From a virus (Duplodnaviria; Caudoviricetes): a DNA stretch of 60,047 nucleotides. The stretch is from IMG/VR virus record IMGVR_UViG_3300000101_000017, positions 1 to 60,047 of that record; one strand, written 5' to 3'. The position numbers were made by a program, and so were the translations under genes. The notes below the pieces were generated by a model. The model was not told the DNA's origin, searched no databases, and worked only from the letters and a program-made list of their open reading frames with translations. Positions 18,800 to 27,702 of the stretch are shown piece by piece (within the stretch, counting starts at the first letter, position 1; the number at the start of each line of letters is the position of its first letter).

Positions 18800-19344
18800 T
18801 ATACTACGCTCACATTTTCATATATTTGTGTAGCCGGACAATATTCATTCATTCTATATAGTCCAAATTTTATAAAAGGAGATATTGTATCATATTGTCT
18901 TGAGGAAGACAAGTAAATATTATCAATATAATAATCTACATTTATAAAATTTTCAATAATTGATATTTCTGCAAGTAAACTAAATTTATCGGTTGCAGTA
19001 ACAAAGGTATTTCCAAGTCCTACATGCCAAAATTTCTTACATACTGATAACAAACTAGGAGGCTGGCCTCCTACAACACCGTTGTGTAATTGAAATACGC
19101 TATACCATTCAGCCTGTGGAAATTCTTCTGCTTGTATATTAACATCGGCTTTAAATTTATATGTGCCTTCTGGTAGCAAAGTGCTTTTTACTTCGTTACG
19201 CTCTTTGTAATCCCACATCTTATTTCCATAGACGTTATATTCTGGATCAGAATCACCGTTGCACTTGCCTCTAGCATTTTTAAAAGTATAAGTGTTGTCT
19301 TTTACAGTATATGTACTATTACAACTAGGAATAAATTTTATCAT
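18799..19344 (-). CDS. Polysaccharide lyase-like (heparin lyase I / PL jelly-roll) protein
   Basis: 'ERNEV', 'VFQLH', 'FIKFGLYR' match the RxE / QxH / YxKxGxYR pattern of jelly-roll lyases. Confidence 0.55.
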   Translation of the reverse strand: MIKFIPSCNSTYTVKDNTYTFKNARGKCNGDSDPEYNVYGNKMWDYKERNEVKSTLLPEGTYKFKADVNIQAEEFPQAEWYSVFQLHNGVVGGQPPSLLSVCKKFWHVGLGNTFVTATDKFSLLAEISIIENFINVDYYIDNIYLSSSRQYDTISPFIKFGLYRMNEYCPATQIYENVSVV

Positions 19345-20297
19345 AATTCTTCCTTAATAAATTTATCTCTAATTTTTTCTGCACATGTACTTTCACATTT
19401 AGGTATACGTACATCATCAGTCCAACTATCTTTAATGCCATTCCACACTTTGCTATTCATTGCTTGATCTAAACTAACATTTTTTAAGTTAATGTCATTT
19501 AGATAATCGTGTTCAACTAGCAAGTCCTCAAACTTATCTTTTATTTTGTGACTTACAGGAAATTCTAACATTTTACTATTCAAATGACAACAAGGAATTA
19601 CATTACCCATATGGTTAACAAATATACGTTTTTGGTTTGCATACTTACAGCTAATACAAGGTTGTGGTTTAGGATTTCGATCTACTTTTGCTCTTTTATG
19701 CTTAACATCTTTTGTATCTTTTCTGTGACTAATAATAGTTTTAAAATCACGGAAGCCTTCATCTTTGGCCATTTGCTTTGCAGTTTCTAATTGGTGCTCG
19801 TTGTGTTCAAAACTAATAAACTGCCAGACACTTTGTCCACCAGCTGCTATAAAAGCTCTAAAGTTCTTTTGCACTTTTTGAAAACTAGATCCTTGTCTGT
19901 ATACTTCTGACAATTCGTCACTGCCGTCAATACCCCAAGTTACTCTATGACTGCATGTTAATTCTTTTGCTAGTTTTTCCCACCATTGTATTGTACGTAA
20001 ACTTCCATTAGTAGCAATATTAATATGACATCCCCAAGCAGCAAAGTGTTTGATAATGTCATGGAACTGAGGATGACTACATGGCTCGTCAACACTACCA
20101 CAAAAATTTATTATTTTTATGTTAGGAAACATGTCTTTTTGAAACTTTTCTTTTATAGTATCTAAGTCAAGATATGTTTTATTAAGTATGTCATCTTTGT
20201 AGTCTGATAGCACACGAAAACATCCTTTGCATTTAATATTACAAAAACTAGTTAGTTCAATATCTATCCATTCTAATGTTTCGCTAGACCATGTCAT
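19341..20297 (-). CDS. Radical SAM protein with C-terminal twitch/SPASM (subfamily C)
   Basis: CNIKCKGC, 'FCGSVDEP', 'ATNGS', 'FEHNEHQ', 'IPCCH', 'KCESTC'. Confidence 0.9.
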   Translation of the reverse strand: MTWSSETLEWIDIELTSFCNIKCKGCFRVLSDYKDDILNKTYLDLDTIKEKFQKDMFPNIKIINFCGSVDEPCSHPQFHDIIKHFAAWGCHINIATNGSLRTIQWWEKLAKELTCSHRVTWGIDGSDELSEVYRQGSSFQKVQKNFRAFIAAGGQSVWQFISFEHNEHQLETAKQMAKDEGFRDFKTIISHRKDTKDVKHKRAKVDRNPKPQPCISCKYANQKRIFVNHMGNVIPCCHLNSKMLEFPVSHKIKDKFEDLLVEHDYLNDINLKNVSLDQAMNSKVWNGIKDSWTDDVRIPKCESTCAEKIRDKFIKEEL

Positions 20298-21409
20298 TCA
20301 AAGCACCATCCTATTATTCTTTTACTGTCTGTTCCTCTTTTAGCATCTAAATCTAAAAGATAATTTTGCATTACACCATTTAGTACACTGTTGTATTCAT
20401 ATTGATTACAATATTGCTTTACTTCCTCTATACTTGTGTTAGTCATTACATTATCAACTACATGAGGTTTGAGTGCATTAATTTGAAGATAATTGGGCCA
20501 AACTAAATTATGCATAGCAATTGAAAAAATACAAGCATTACTCCATCTATCTTTAAGATTGTTAACTAACGTATCTATATTAGGTAAGTTCATTGCTTGA
20601 ACTGTTATAGAAAAACCAAAACTATCTCTTGTGCCGCAAAGAGAATTTATTTCATCAGTCATAGTTATAAATGTATTGTGATTGGTTGGAAATCTAATAA
20701 GTTCGTTTACTTCTCCCCAGCCATCAACACTTATAGTAAAGTTACGTTTTTTAAATTTTGCTAATACATTCATTAACTTTGGTGTATTACTAACTCCATT
20801 TGTTTGAATTTTTATAAGTGTATTTTTACAGTTCCATTCATTTTTTGATAATTCAAATAAAAATTTATAAACATTTTTCATGTAAAATGGTTCGCCGCCG
20901 GCAAAATAAATAGACTCTGCTTTGTCTATAACTTGACTGTAAATCCAATCCCAATCAAGATCTTCTCTAGTTGTTTTTTGAATAATGTTGCTGGTGTATT
21001 TTTCTTCAATATCTTTATCTTCAAGCCATTTGCTACTGTTGCCGTAATTACACATAGCACATTTTAAATTGCAAGTGTTACTAGGACGTAGGTCCCAATT
21101 AACTATGTGCCCGTTATATCCAGATTGTAAACTACGCTTACGTTTAGTAGGCAAATCTAGTTTTTCCTTTTGTATACAGATTCGGCATTCAGATTGTTTA
21201 CGCCAGTTTCCTTTAAACTTTTCTCTTATATTATTAATAACAGGATTATCTAACAACTCCTGTATAGTGTCAACTGTATGTTTATCATGGTCGTTTTGGT
21301 ACAAGCAACAAGGTTTAATATTGTAGCCGTCATTGCCTAATTCTACATACATACTGTTTATAGATTCTAAGCAATGATGTCTTTCATATTTTCTTTTAAG
21401 TTTTTTCAT
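20294..21409 (-). CDS. Radical SAM protein with N-terminal twitch-like domain (subfamily B)
   Basis: 'HC', 'KPCC', 'ECRIC'; CNLKCAMC + 'SSKW'; 'FAGGEPF', 'QTNG'. Confidence 0.9.
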   Translation of the reverse strand: MKKLKRKYERHHCLESINSMYVELGNDGYNIKPCCLYQNDHDKHTVDTIQELLDNPVINNIREKFKGNWRKQSECRICIQKEKLDLPTKRKRSLQSGYNGHIVNWDLRPSNTCNLKCAMCNYGNSSKWLEDKDIEEKYTSNIIQKTTREDLDWDWIYSQVIDKAESIYFAGGEPFYMKNVYKFLFELSKNEWNCKNTLIKIQTNGVSNTPKLMNVLAKFKKRNFTISVDGWGEVNELIRFPTNHNTFITMTDEINSLCGTRDSFGFSITVQAMNLPNIDTLVNNLKDRWSNACIFSIAMHNLVWPNYLQINALKPHVVDNVMTNTSIEEVKQYCNQYEYNSVLNGVMQNYLLDLDAKRGTDSKRIIGWCFE

Positions 21410-22434
21410 TCAACGTTAATTTCATTTTGATATGCTTTGTTATATGCACATGTTCTAATACAACGTGTAAGATGCTTGTTGTGTGCTGGATCCCAACTGT
21501 CGCCTAGTACTTTATCAAACCACGGATGTACAAGTACTTCTTCAATGCTGTTTGTTTTCAAACTATTCCAACCTGTTTGATATTCACTTAATTTATCTAA
21601 TATGTTTTCTTTATTTTTAAAAGCACTGTCCCATAGGAAACAACAAGGCCATAGTTCTTGTTTAGCACTTATAAAAATTTCGCCTTCATGTATCAATTTA
21701 CATTTTACAGTTTGAATAATTTTCTTATCGACTTTGTTTGCTTTAATAATTTTATCTAACTTTTGGATCTGTGCTTTTTTACTGTGTTCTTTTTTACCTG
21801 TGGTTGTAATAACTTTCTTTTCTTGTTGATTTTTCTTTCCAATTAATGCAACCCAGTCATGATAACTATTACGCATTCCTGTGCGAGTTGCAAATTCAAA
21901 TCCTAAACGTTTTGCATGTTCTCTTGCGGCATCTAATTCATGTTCATTATGGTCAAAGACAATAAAGATCCAAGTTGCTTTGCCGCCTGCATCGCTGTAG
22001 GCTTGCATATTTCTTTCAAGTACATTCCACTTTGTACCAACCCTGTAAATATGATTAGTTTCTTTATGCCCGTCAACACAAAAGTTTACATCAACTAGTT
22101 GTGTATCTTTACTAATTTGTCCTAATTTAGTCCACCAGTCTGCGGTTTGGTATGCGCCGTTTGTACTCCACTGACAATAGCCACCTGACTCTGTAAGATA
22201 TTCTGTCATTAGCACACCGTCTTTGTTTAATGCAGGGTCTCCTAAAACACCGCAAAATTTAAATTGCTTGTTAGCAATATATCTTTCGTTAGGAAACAAT
22301 CTCTTTATATCATCTAAGTAAAAACTTTCAACATCAAACAAGTCTATATTTTGTGTTCTTGCACAACCAGGACATGCCGCATTACAATTACTTGTAATTT
22401 CTAGTTCTATTTTTTTAATATTATCTATATTCAT
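21406..22434 (-). CDS. Radical SAM protein with C-terminal twitch/SPASM (subfamily C)
   Basis: CNAACPGC, 'FCGVLGDP', 'STNGA', 'FDHNEHE', 'WPCCF', 'RCIRTC'. Confidence 0.9.
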   Translation of the reverse strand: MNIDNIKKIELEITSNCNAACPGCARTQNIDLFDVESFYLDDIKRLFPNERYIANKQFKFCGVLGDPALNKDGVLMTEYLTESGGYCQWSTNGAYQTADWWTKLGQISKDTQLVDVNFCVDGHKETNHIYRVGTKWNVLERNMQAYSDAGGKATWIFIVFDHNEHELDAAREHAKRLGFEFATRTGMRNSYHDWVALIGKKNQQEKKVITTTGKKEHSKKAQIQKLDKIIKANKVDKKIIQTVKCKLIHEGEIFISAKQELWPCCFLWDSAFKNKENILDKLSEYQTGWNSLKTNSIEEVLVHPWFDKVLGDSWDPAHNKHLTRCIRTCAYNKAYQNEINVE

Positions 22435-22449
22435 TATATACGTACTTAT
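22432..22449 (-). promoter_or_regulatory. 18-nt motif ATAAGTACGTATATAATG, copy 2
   Basis: Identical to 17751-17768. Confidence 0.65.
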
Positions 22450-22451
22450 CT

Positions 22452-23528
22452 CTACTTAAACTGCTCAGCAAACGGATCAAATTCTGCACCGCATTTCATT
22501 GCACATACTTTTAATTTGCCATCTCCGCAACTAGGTTTATTCCAACTTTCTTGTATATCATCGAATATACCTGTTTTAAAAACTTTATCTAATCCGTTAC
22601 GTGCATCTAGTGCATTCTTATCTGGAATAAAATCCCATATCTGTTCTACTTTAGGATCTTTATGCCACCATTTGTACATACGTCCAGCAGTCCAACAACA
22701 AGGTAATGCAAGCCCTTCTGCTGAAATATATAAACTGTTGTCTTTTTTAACTTTGCATATTACAGGTGCGGCATCATAATAAGCATCCATACTACCGTAC
22801 TTGTTTATGATTACTTCTTGCTTGCTAAGAGCTTTGTTTAAATATTTTTTATCTGGTTTTTTAAGCTCTGCTGAATCTTTACCTTTTCTATCTTTGGCTT
22901 GATGACTTTCTTTAGGTTTTGTTTTTGTGTCTATGAATCTTCCTGTTTTCTTTTTCATAAACTTTTCACATCCCCATTCGTTAGCAAGTGCTTCTGCTTC
23001 TTCCACTTGATGTTGGTTATGTTCAAAGATTAAAAAGTCCCAACGAGCTCTACCACCAGCTGAAATAAATGCTTTCATATTACGTTCTACGTTGTTCCAA
23101 ACAACACCTTGACGATATATATGGTTAGTATCCCGTAAACCATCAACGCTAAAAATAACAGCACCCATCCTACCAAGAGTTGTCGCCAAGTCGCGCCACC
23201 ATATTTCATTCTTTGCTCCTGCGTTTGTATTCATACTCAACCACATGTTAGGATTATGCTCTCTAAAGTATTTGAATATTTCTAATGTGTCTTTAGCAAC
23301 AATAGGATCTCCTAAGTTTCCGCACATGTACATTGTCTTTAACTGTTTAATAAAGTCTGGTGTAAAGATTTGTTTACAATCATCTAATTTAAGTTCGTCT
23401 AAGTTAATATGCGGATTGATACCTTCGCCATTCATGTTTCTATCACACATTGGGCAACTTGCCTGACAATTTTGTGTAACTTCTAAATGTATAGATCTTA
23501 TATCTTCATATCTATACATCTTTTGCAT
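22452..23528 (-). CDS. Radical SAM protein with C-terminal twitch/SPASM (subfamily C)
   Basis: CQASCPMC, 'MCGNLGDP', 'NTNAG', 'FEHNQHQ', 'LPCCW', 'VCAMKC'. Confidence 0.9.
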   Translation of the reverse strand: MQKMYRYEDIRSIHLEVTQNCQASCPMCDRNMNGEGINPHINLDELKLDDCKQIFTPDFIKQLKTMYMCGNLGDPIVAKDTLEIFKYFREHNPNMWLSMNTNAGAKNEIWWRDLATTLGRMGAVIFSVDGLRDTNHIYRQGVVWNNVERNMKAFISAGGRARWDFLIFEHNQHQVEEAEALANEWGCEKFMKKKTGRFIDTKTKPKESHQAKDRKGKDSAELKKPDKKYLNKALSKQEVIINKYGSMDAYYDAAPVICKVKKDNSLYISAEGLALPCCWTAGRMYKWWHKDPKVEQIWDFIPDKNALDARNGLDKVFKTGIFDDIQESWNKPSCGDGKLKVCAMKCGAEFDPFAEQFK

Positions 23529-24027
23529 CCTGTATTTTTTTATTTACCAACATAAATATTTCAGTAAAAAACCCAGGTGTGCGCCAATGAACATAATCGT
23601 GACTTAAAGTAAAACTGTCTAGGTCTATTAATTTAATTTGATATTCATTTGTTATAACAAAATTCTTAAAGCGAGCATCTGTATATGTTAAATACGTACC
23701 TTTAGGTAAATGTTTTTTTGAATATTCTAGTGTGTCGGTATATACAGATATTCCTATATTTACTAGATCTAAACAAACATCTAAAGGAATATTCATAGAT
23801 GGGTCATTAATACAGTCTTGGGCTGTGTTGAGAACATCTAGTCTTTCCATAGAGTAACTAGTATTAGAATGCCAATCTAATAATTGGGTATAATAGGGCT
23901 TTCCGTTTGATAAGTTTTTTACATGATCATATACGTTTTTACTAAACTGTGAATTTATTAGCTGTTTCCTAACTGAATTTTTATTGTAAAAAATCGTTGA
24001 AGTATGATTTTTTTTAACTTTTTTCAT
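23512..24027 (-). CDS. Small protein-kinase-like fold phosphotransferase
   Basis: 'YSMERL', 'YTDARFKNFVI' (catalytic loop), 'IKLIDLDSF' (DFG-like). Confidence 0.6.
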   Translation of the reverse strand: MKKVKKNHTSTIFYNKNSVRKQLINSQFSKNVYDHVKNLSNGKPYYTQLLDWHSNTSYSMERLDVLNTAQDCINDPSMNIPLDVCLDLVNIGISVYTDTLEYSKKHLPKGTYLTYTDARFKNFVITNEYQIKLIDLDSFTLSHDYVHWRTPGFFTEIFMLVNKKIQDAKDV

Positions 24028-24245
24028 TCTTCGCTATCCATAACTAATTTAATATCTTTTGCAGGTCCAACTTTGCTCGGTAAATCACCATACTGTTCTA
24101 CGTACCAATCTATTACTGCTTGATACCAATTTTGACTATTGTGATGTGCTTTTTTATTGAATTGGTATATGTTATCGTTGGTGGCTTGCATTGTTGATAA
24201 TGCTCTAGCACTTTCTTTTTGCATTTCTCTTAAACTAAGTTCCAT
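24024..24245 (-). CDS. Hypothetical protein (73 aa)
   Basis: Translationally coupled at both ends (overlapping stop/start codons). Confidence 0.7.
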   Translation of the reverse strand: MELSLREMQKESARALSTMQATNDNIYQFNKKAHHNSQNWYQAVIDWYVEQYGDLPSKVGPAKDIKLVMDSEE

Positions 24246-27172
24246 TATTTGTATCCAATCCGCATATACCTTGTATATTTGTCTAACGGCAATTCACCTT
24301 CATATAATACATTAGACATAGGTGTCATTTCAGCAAACTCCTGTGTGTTACTTACACAATTAACATGTTCTTCAATTTCAAAATAATTGTTGGTTTGTAA
24401 AATTAATAATTTTCCATCTGGAATTTTAGCATACCATTCTGCAAAGTTAGGTATGTGTTCACAACTTGTGTTAATAATAGTGTCGGGAGTATCTTTTAAA
24501 ACTTCAACATCACCTGTGCCTTTAACTGTTTCGTATGTTGTTTCTACATAATCAATATCCATTATGTCTTTTGTTTGTGCTTTAAATTTCCAACTATCTA
24601 GCAGTAATTCTTTGTTGAATGTTTCTGCAATTTTCCAAACATCTGGATCAATATCGAAACTTCTTACTTTTGTAAATTTAATACCATTCTCTACAAACAT
24701 AGGAACAATAGTCGCATACCAACCTGCACACAAATACACTGTGCCTATGTGTCTAATGTGTTTGTGTAATTCGGTTACTAGCCACTTCTTACTAAGCAGT
24801 TGTCCTCTACTAAAGCAGTCTATATCAAATTGTATTTGATTGTTGTAAAAACTTTTTAATGGTTTAGTAAATGCACTGTTTGTATATTTTTCAAGTAGTC
24901 TCCACAATGCAAAACGATCATTGTTTAGTAATTTAAATTCATCTGTTAGTCCTTGTTTCTCTAACAATCTTTTTGTACTATAGTAATTGCCTTCAATAAC
25001 TGCTTTACGTACATCATCATCAGTATCTAATATTCTAAATATACTATGCAAATTCTTTTCTACCATTGCTTTACGCAATTCTTCATGATCAGATCCTAGT
25101 AATCTAAAAAGTCCGTATAGGTTTTTATCAAGCATTGCCGAACGTAAATCTTCGTGTTCGTCACCTAACAATCTAAATAGACTATGTACGTTATCTTCAG
25201 TAACTACTTTTCTAACATCTTCATCTGCATCTATAATACGAAATAAACTGTGTAAGTTTTTCTCTAGTATTGCTTTACGCACATCTTCGTCAACATCGAC
25301 TATCCTAAATATACTGTGCAAGTTCTTTTCTAGTATTGCTTTGCGTAAATCTTCGTTCTTTGATAGTTTAAAAATACTGTGAATGTCTTGATTATTATAA
25401 AAGCGTCTTAGATTTTCTACATCGCCACCATATAAGGTTTCATATCTATCTAAAAGATCGACTATAAAATTATCAGGGTTTGCTTTGTCAGGTACATTAA
25501 AACTATTTGCTACTTGTTTTTGAATATCTCCAACTGAGCCTATAGTGTCTGTTTCAGTTTCTAGTTCAACTTCTTCAGTAAGACTAAACTGCTCGTACAA
25601 CCAATCAAAATCATTTATTAGCCGAAGATCAGAGCTGCTAGAAAGCCCATACTCCCTGCCAGCGATAGCACCTTTAATACAGTATTCGCCGAACTGTTTG
25701 TCTTTTCCCACTGTTGTCCAAATTCTAAGTCTTTCATTTGTTTCATCCTCTTTTTGTCTGTCAATAACTTTAGAACTTAATTTAGCACATTCTCTAAATG
25801 CACTTTTCCAAGTTTCAAAAGGTCCTGTATTAAATGCTGTAATATTACTTACAACTTTAATTGGTTTAAAATGCCTGCTTATGCTTGTAGTCATGTCAGG
25901 ACGTGATGTATCCATATCAAGTGTTGCTTGTCTTGGAAATAATTTGATGCCGCCATATCCATATTCTAAATTATTTATTGGGTTACGACTGCGCCATACT
26001 TTTACAAAGTTCATTTCTGATTCAGGTGCAACATAATCAAAATTAAAATCATCTACTATTGTAGCATCACCGTCTACAATCCATATAAGATCAGTTTTAC
26101 AGAGTTTTGCGGCTTCAATATGTGCTTGGTGTATTCCTTTAACTTTGTCTACACGCTTTGCTCTAGGGAATTTCTTTTTTAATTTATCATAATTTTGTTC
26201 AGCATTTGGTTCATTATATGTAATCATCACAATATCATAATTAGATTTTGTACTGTCCTTAAAGTACGAATGAGGTACCCTGTCTGGATTAGTATACATG
26301 TTTTTAAAGAACTTGCTTGCTTCTTTTTCTAACGGAGCATCTGTAATACCAAGACCAAGTTCGTTGTTAAGTTCATTGCCTAATTTTGTAATCTCATTAT
26401 GTAGATCGTCTTCATTAATTTTGCTGTATTTGTCTTTCCATAATTTGTTCAGATATTCAAAATCACGTACATTAACAAAGTCCCAGTCAGTACAATTAGT
26501 TTGATAACATCCTTCACGAGCGCCATATATTGCCCATAAGCCGTTTTCACTATCAGCGCCTGCACTACACCATATCTTTAATCTGTCTAAATTCTTTTTG
26601 TGGACACGATTTCTAAACTCTGTGTTAGTTAGTTTGTTTCCTTCAAACAAACTCATCTTTACACCTTCTCGAAATCCTGCTCTCCAGGCTTGCCAAGGAG
26701 TAGCATTATTATAAACGTAGCTGTAGACTTTGCTAATTTGTAAATAGGTTAGGCCCCAACAAAAGTCTATACCTGCTGCAATATTGTTTGGATCTGCGTT
26801 TTCATGCGTTTTCATACTTTTAACAAGTTCAGTTGGCCAGCACTTTATTCCGCCATTTCCGTATGTTAATCCGTTTACAACATTATAACCACTCCAGCTA
26901 ACAACGCATTTTTCTAAATCTATGTCGTCTCTAAAATTGATAGTTTCATTAATAAACTCTGGATCAACAATGTTGTCTCCATCTACAGTAATAAAACGTT
27001 CTGTTTCTGCTATGTTTGCACACGCTTTATGAGAAGCATCTGATCCTTCTACTCCGTGTATACGTTTTGCCCAGGGTATTTTTGTAAGTATGTCAGCGTA
27101 ATTTTTATCGGCATTAGGCTCGTCATAACTCAAATAAACTATGTCACAGTCACTTACTTTAAATAATGCCAT
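24245..27172 (-). CDS. Multidomain protein: two tandem GT-A glycosyltransferase-like domains, helical repeats, C-terminal class I methyltransferase-like domain
   Basis: Duplicated 'DIV..(S/T)Y.EPNA..NY', 'VDGD', 'YG.GGIK', 'W...FRE..K'; six ~22-aa repeats; C-terminal 'LCAGWYA', 'SFDIDP', 'INTSCEH'. Confidence 0.78.
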   Translation of the reverse strand: MALFKVSDCDIVYLSYDEPNADKNYADILTKIPWAKRIHGVEGSDASHKACANIAETERFITVDGDNIVDPEFINETINFRDDIDLEKCVVSWSGYNVVNGLTYGNGGIKCWPTELVKSMKTHENADPNNIAAGIDFCWGLTYLQISKVYSYVYNNATPWQAWRAGFREGVKMSLFEGNKLTNTEFRNRVHKKNLDRLKIWCSAGADSENGLWAIYGAREGCYQTNCTDWDFVNVRDFEYLNKLWKDKYSKINEDDLHNEITKLGNELNNELGLGITDAPLEKEASKFFKNMYTNPDRVPHSYFKDSTKSNYDIVMITYNEPNAEQNYDKLKKKFPRAKRVDKVKGIHQAHIEAAKLCKTDLIWIVDGDATIVDDFNFDYVAPESEMNFVKVWRSRNPINNLEYGYGGIKLFPRQATLDMDTSRPDMTTSISRHFKPIKVVSNITAFNTGPFETWKSAFRECAKLSSKVIDRQKEDETNERLRIWTTVGKDKQFGEYCIKGAIAGREYGLSSSSDLRLINDFDWLYEQFSLTEEVELETETDTIGSVGDIQKQVANSFNVPDKANPDNFIVDLLDRYETLYGGDVENLRRFYNNQDIHSIFKLSKNEDLRKAILEKNLHSIFRIVDVDEDVRKAILEKNLHSLFRIIDADEDVRKVVTEDNVHSLFRLLGDEHEDLRSAMLDKNLYGLFRLLGSDHEELRKAMVEKNLHSIFRILDTDDDVRKAVIEGNYYSTKRLLEKQGLTDEFKLLNNDRFALWRLLEKYTNSAFTKPLKSFYNNQIQFDIDCFSRGQLLSKKWLVTELHKHIRHIGTVYLCAGWYATIVPMFVENGIKFTKVRSFDIDPDVWKIAETFNKELLLDSWKFKAQTKDIMDIDYVETTYETVKGTGDVEVLKDTPDTIINTSCEHIPNFAEWYAKIPDGKLLILQTNNYFEIEEHVNCVSNTQEFAEMTPMSNVLYEGELPLDKYTRYMRIGYK
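24965..25390 (-). repeat. Intragenic tandem repeat of ~22-23 aa units (EDxRKAxxEKNLHSxFRxx), about 6 copies
   Basis: EDLRKAILEKNLHSIFRI / EDVRKAILEKNLHSLFRI / EDVRKVVTEDNVHSLFRL / EDLRSAMLDKNLYGLFRL / EELRKAMVEKNLHSIFRI / DDVRKAVIEGNYYSTKRL; boundaries approximate. Confidence 0.85.
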
Positions 27173-27702
27173 TAAAAGTTCTCCACATGTATATATTTGT
27201 CGTCAGCCCTTGCACATAGTATACTAACGTTTCCTTTAGTTTCTAAGTTTGCTTCTATTACTCCAGATTCGTTTAATACAGATAAGTCTAACTTAAATGA
27301 GTCTAACAAATAATTTGTATCTCTGTCTTTAGTAACAAATATAGTTTTAAGTCGTGGTTGAGTTTGAATGTAATAAATTAATTCGTCATTGTTCACATCA
27401 ATCTCTAACGCCCACTTATCTTTATATTGTATAATATTTACTTTATCTTTGGCTCGTTGACCCTTAGGTATGGCATAAGAACTTAGTACTGTATCTAATT
27501 TTATTTCGTCTTCATGCTTAATGAGATATTGTTTTGATCCTAGTGCATTTATATAATAGTCTAGCAAGTTTTTTTGATGTGTGTTGAATGCCTTAAAATC
27601 TTCTTGGGATATTTCAATATAAGGATTTGTGTTTTTAGGATTTATTTCATTTGTACAAGATAAACAATTTCCTGTTTCTTTTTCATATATCATATAGTAC
27701 AT
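27172..27702 (-). CDS. Hypothetical protein
   Basis: Coupled ORF within the operon; no recognisable motif. Confidence 0.65.
   Translation of the reverse strand: MYYMIYEKETGNCLSCTNEINPKNTNPYIEISQEDFKAFNTHQKNLLDYYINALGSKQYLIKHEDEIKLDTVLSSYAIPKGQRAKDKVNIIQYKDKWALEIDVNNDELIYYIQTQPRLKTIFVTKDRDTNYLLDSFKLDLSVLNESGVIEANLETKGNVSILCARADDKYIHVENF

Noticed and set aside
24965-25390. CRISPR-like array
   Set aside because: The repeats are degenerate, in frame and protein-coding; no identical repeats with unique spacers and no cas genes were seen.
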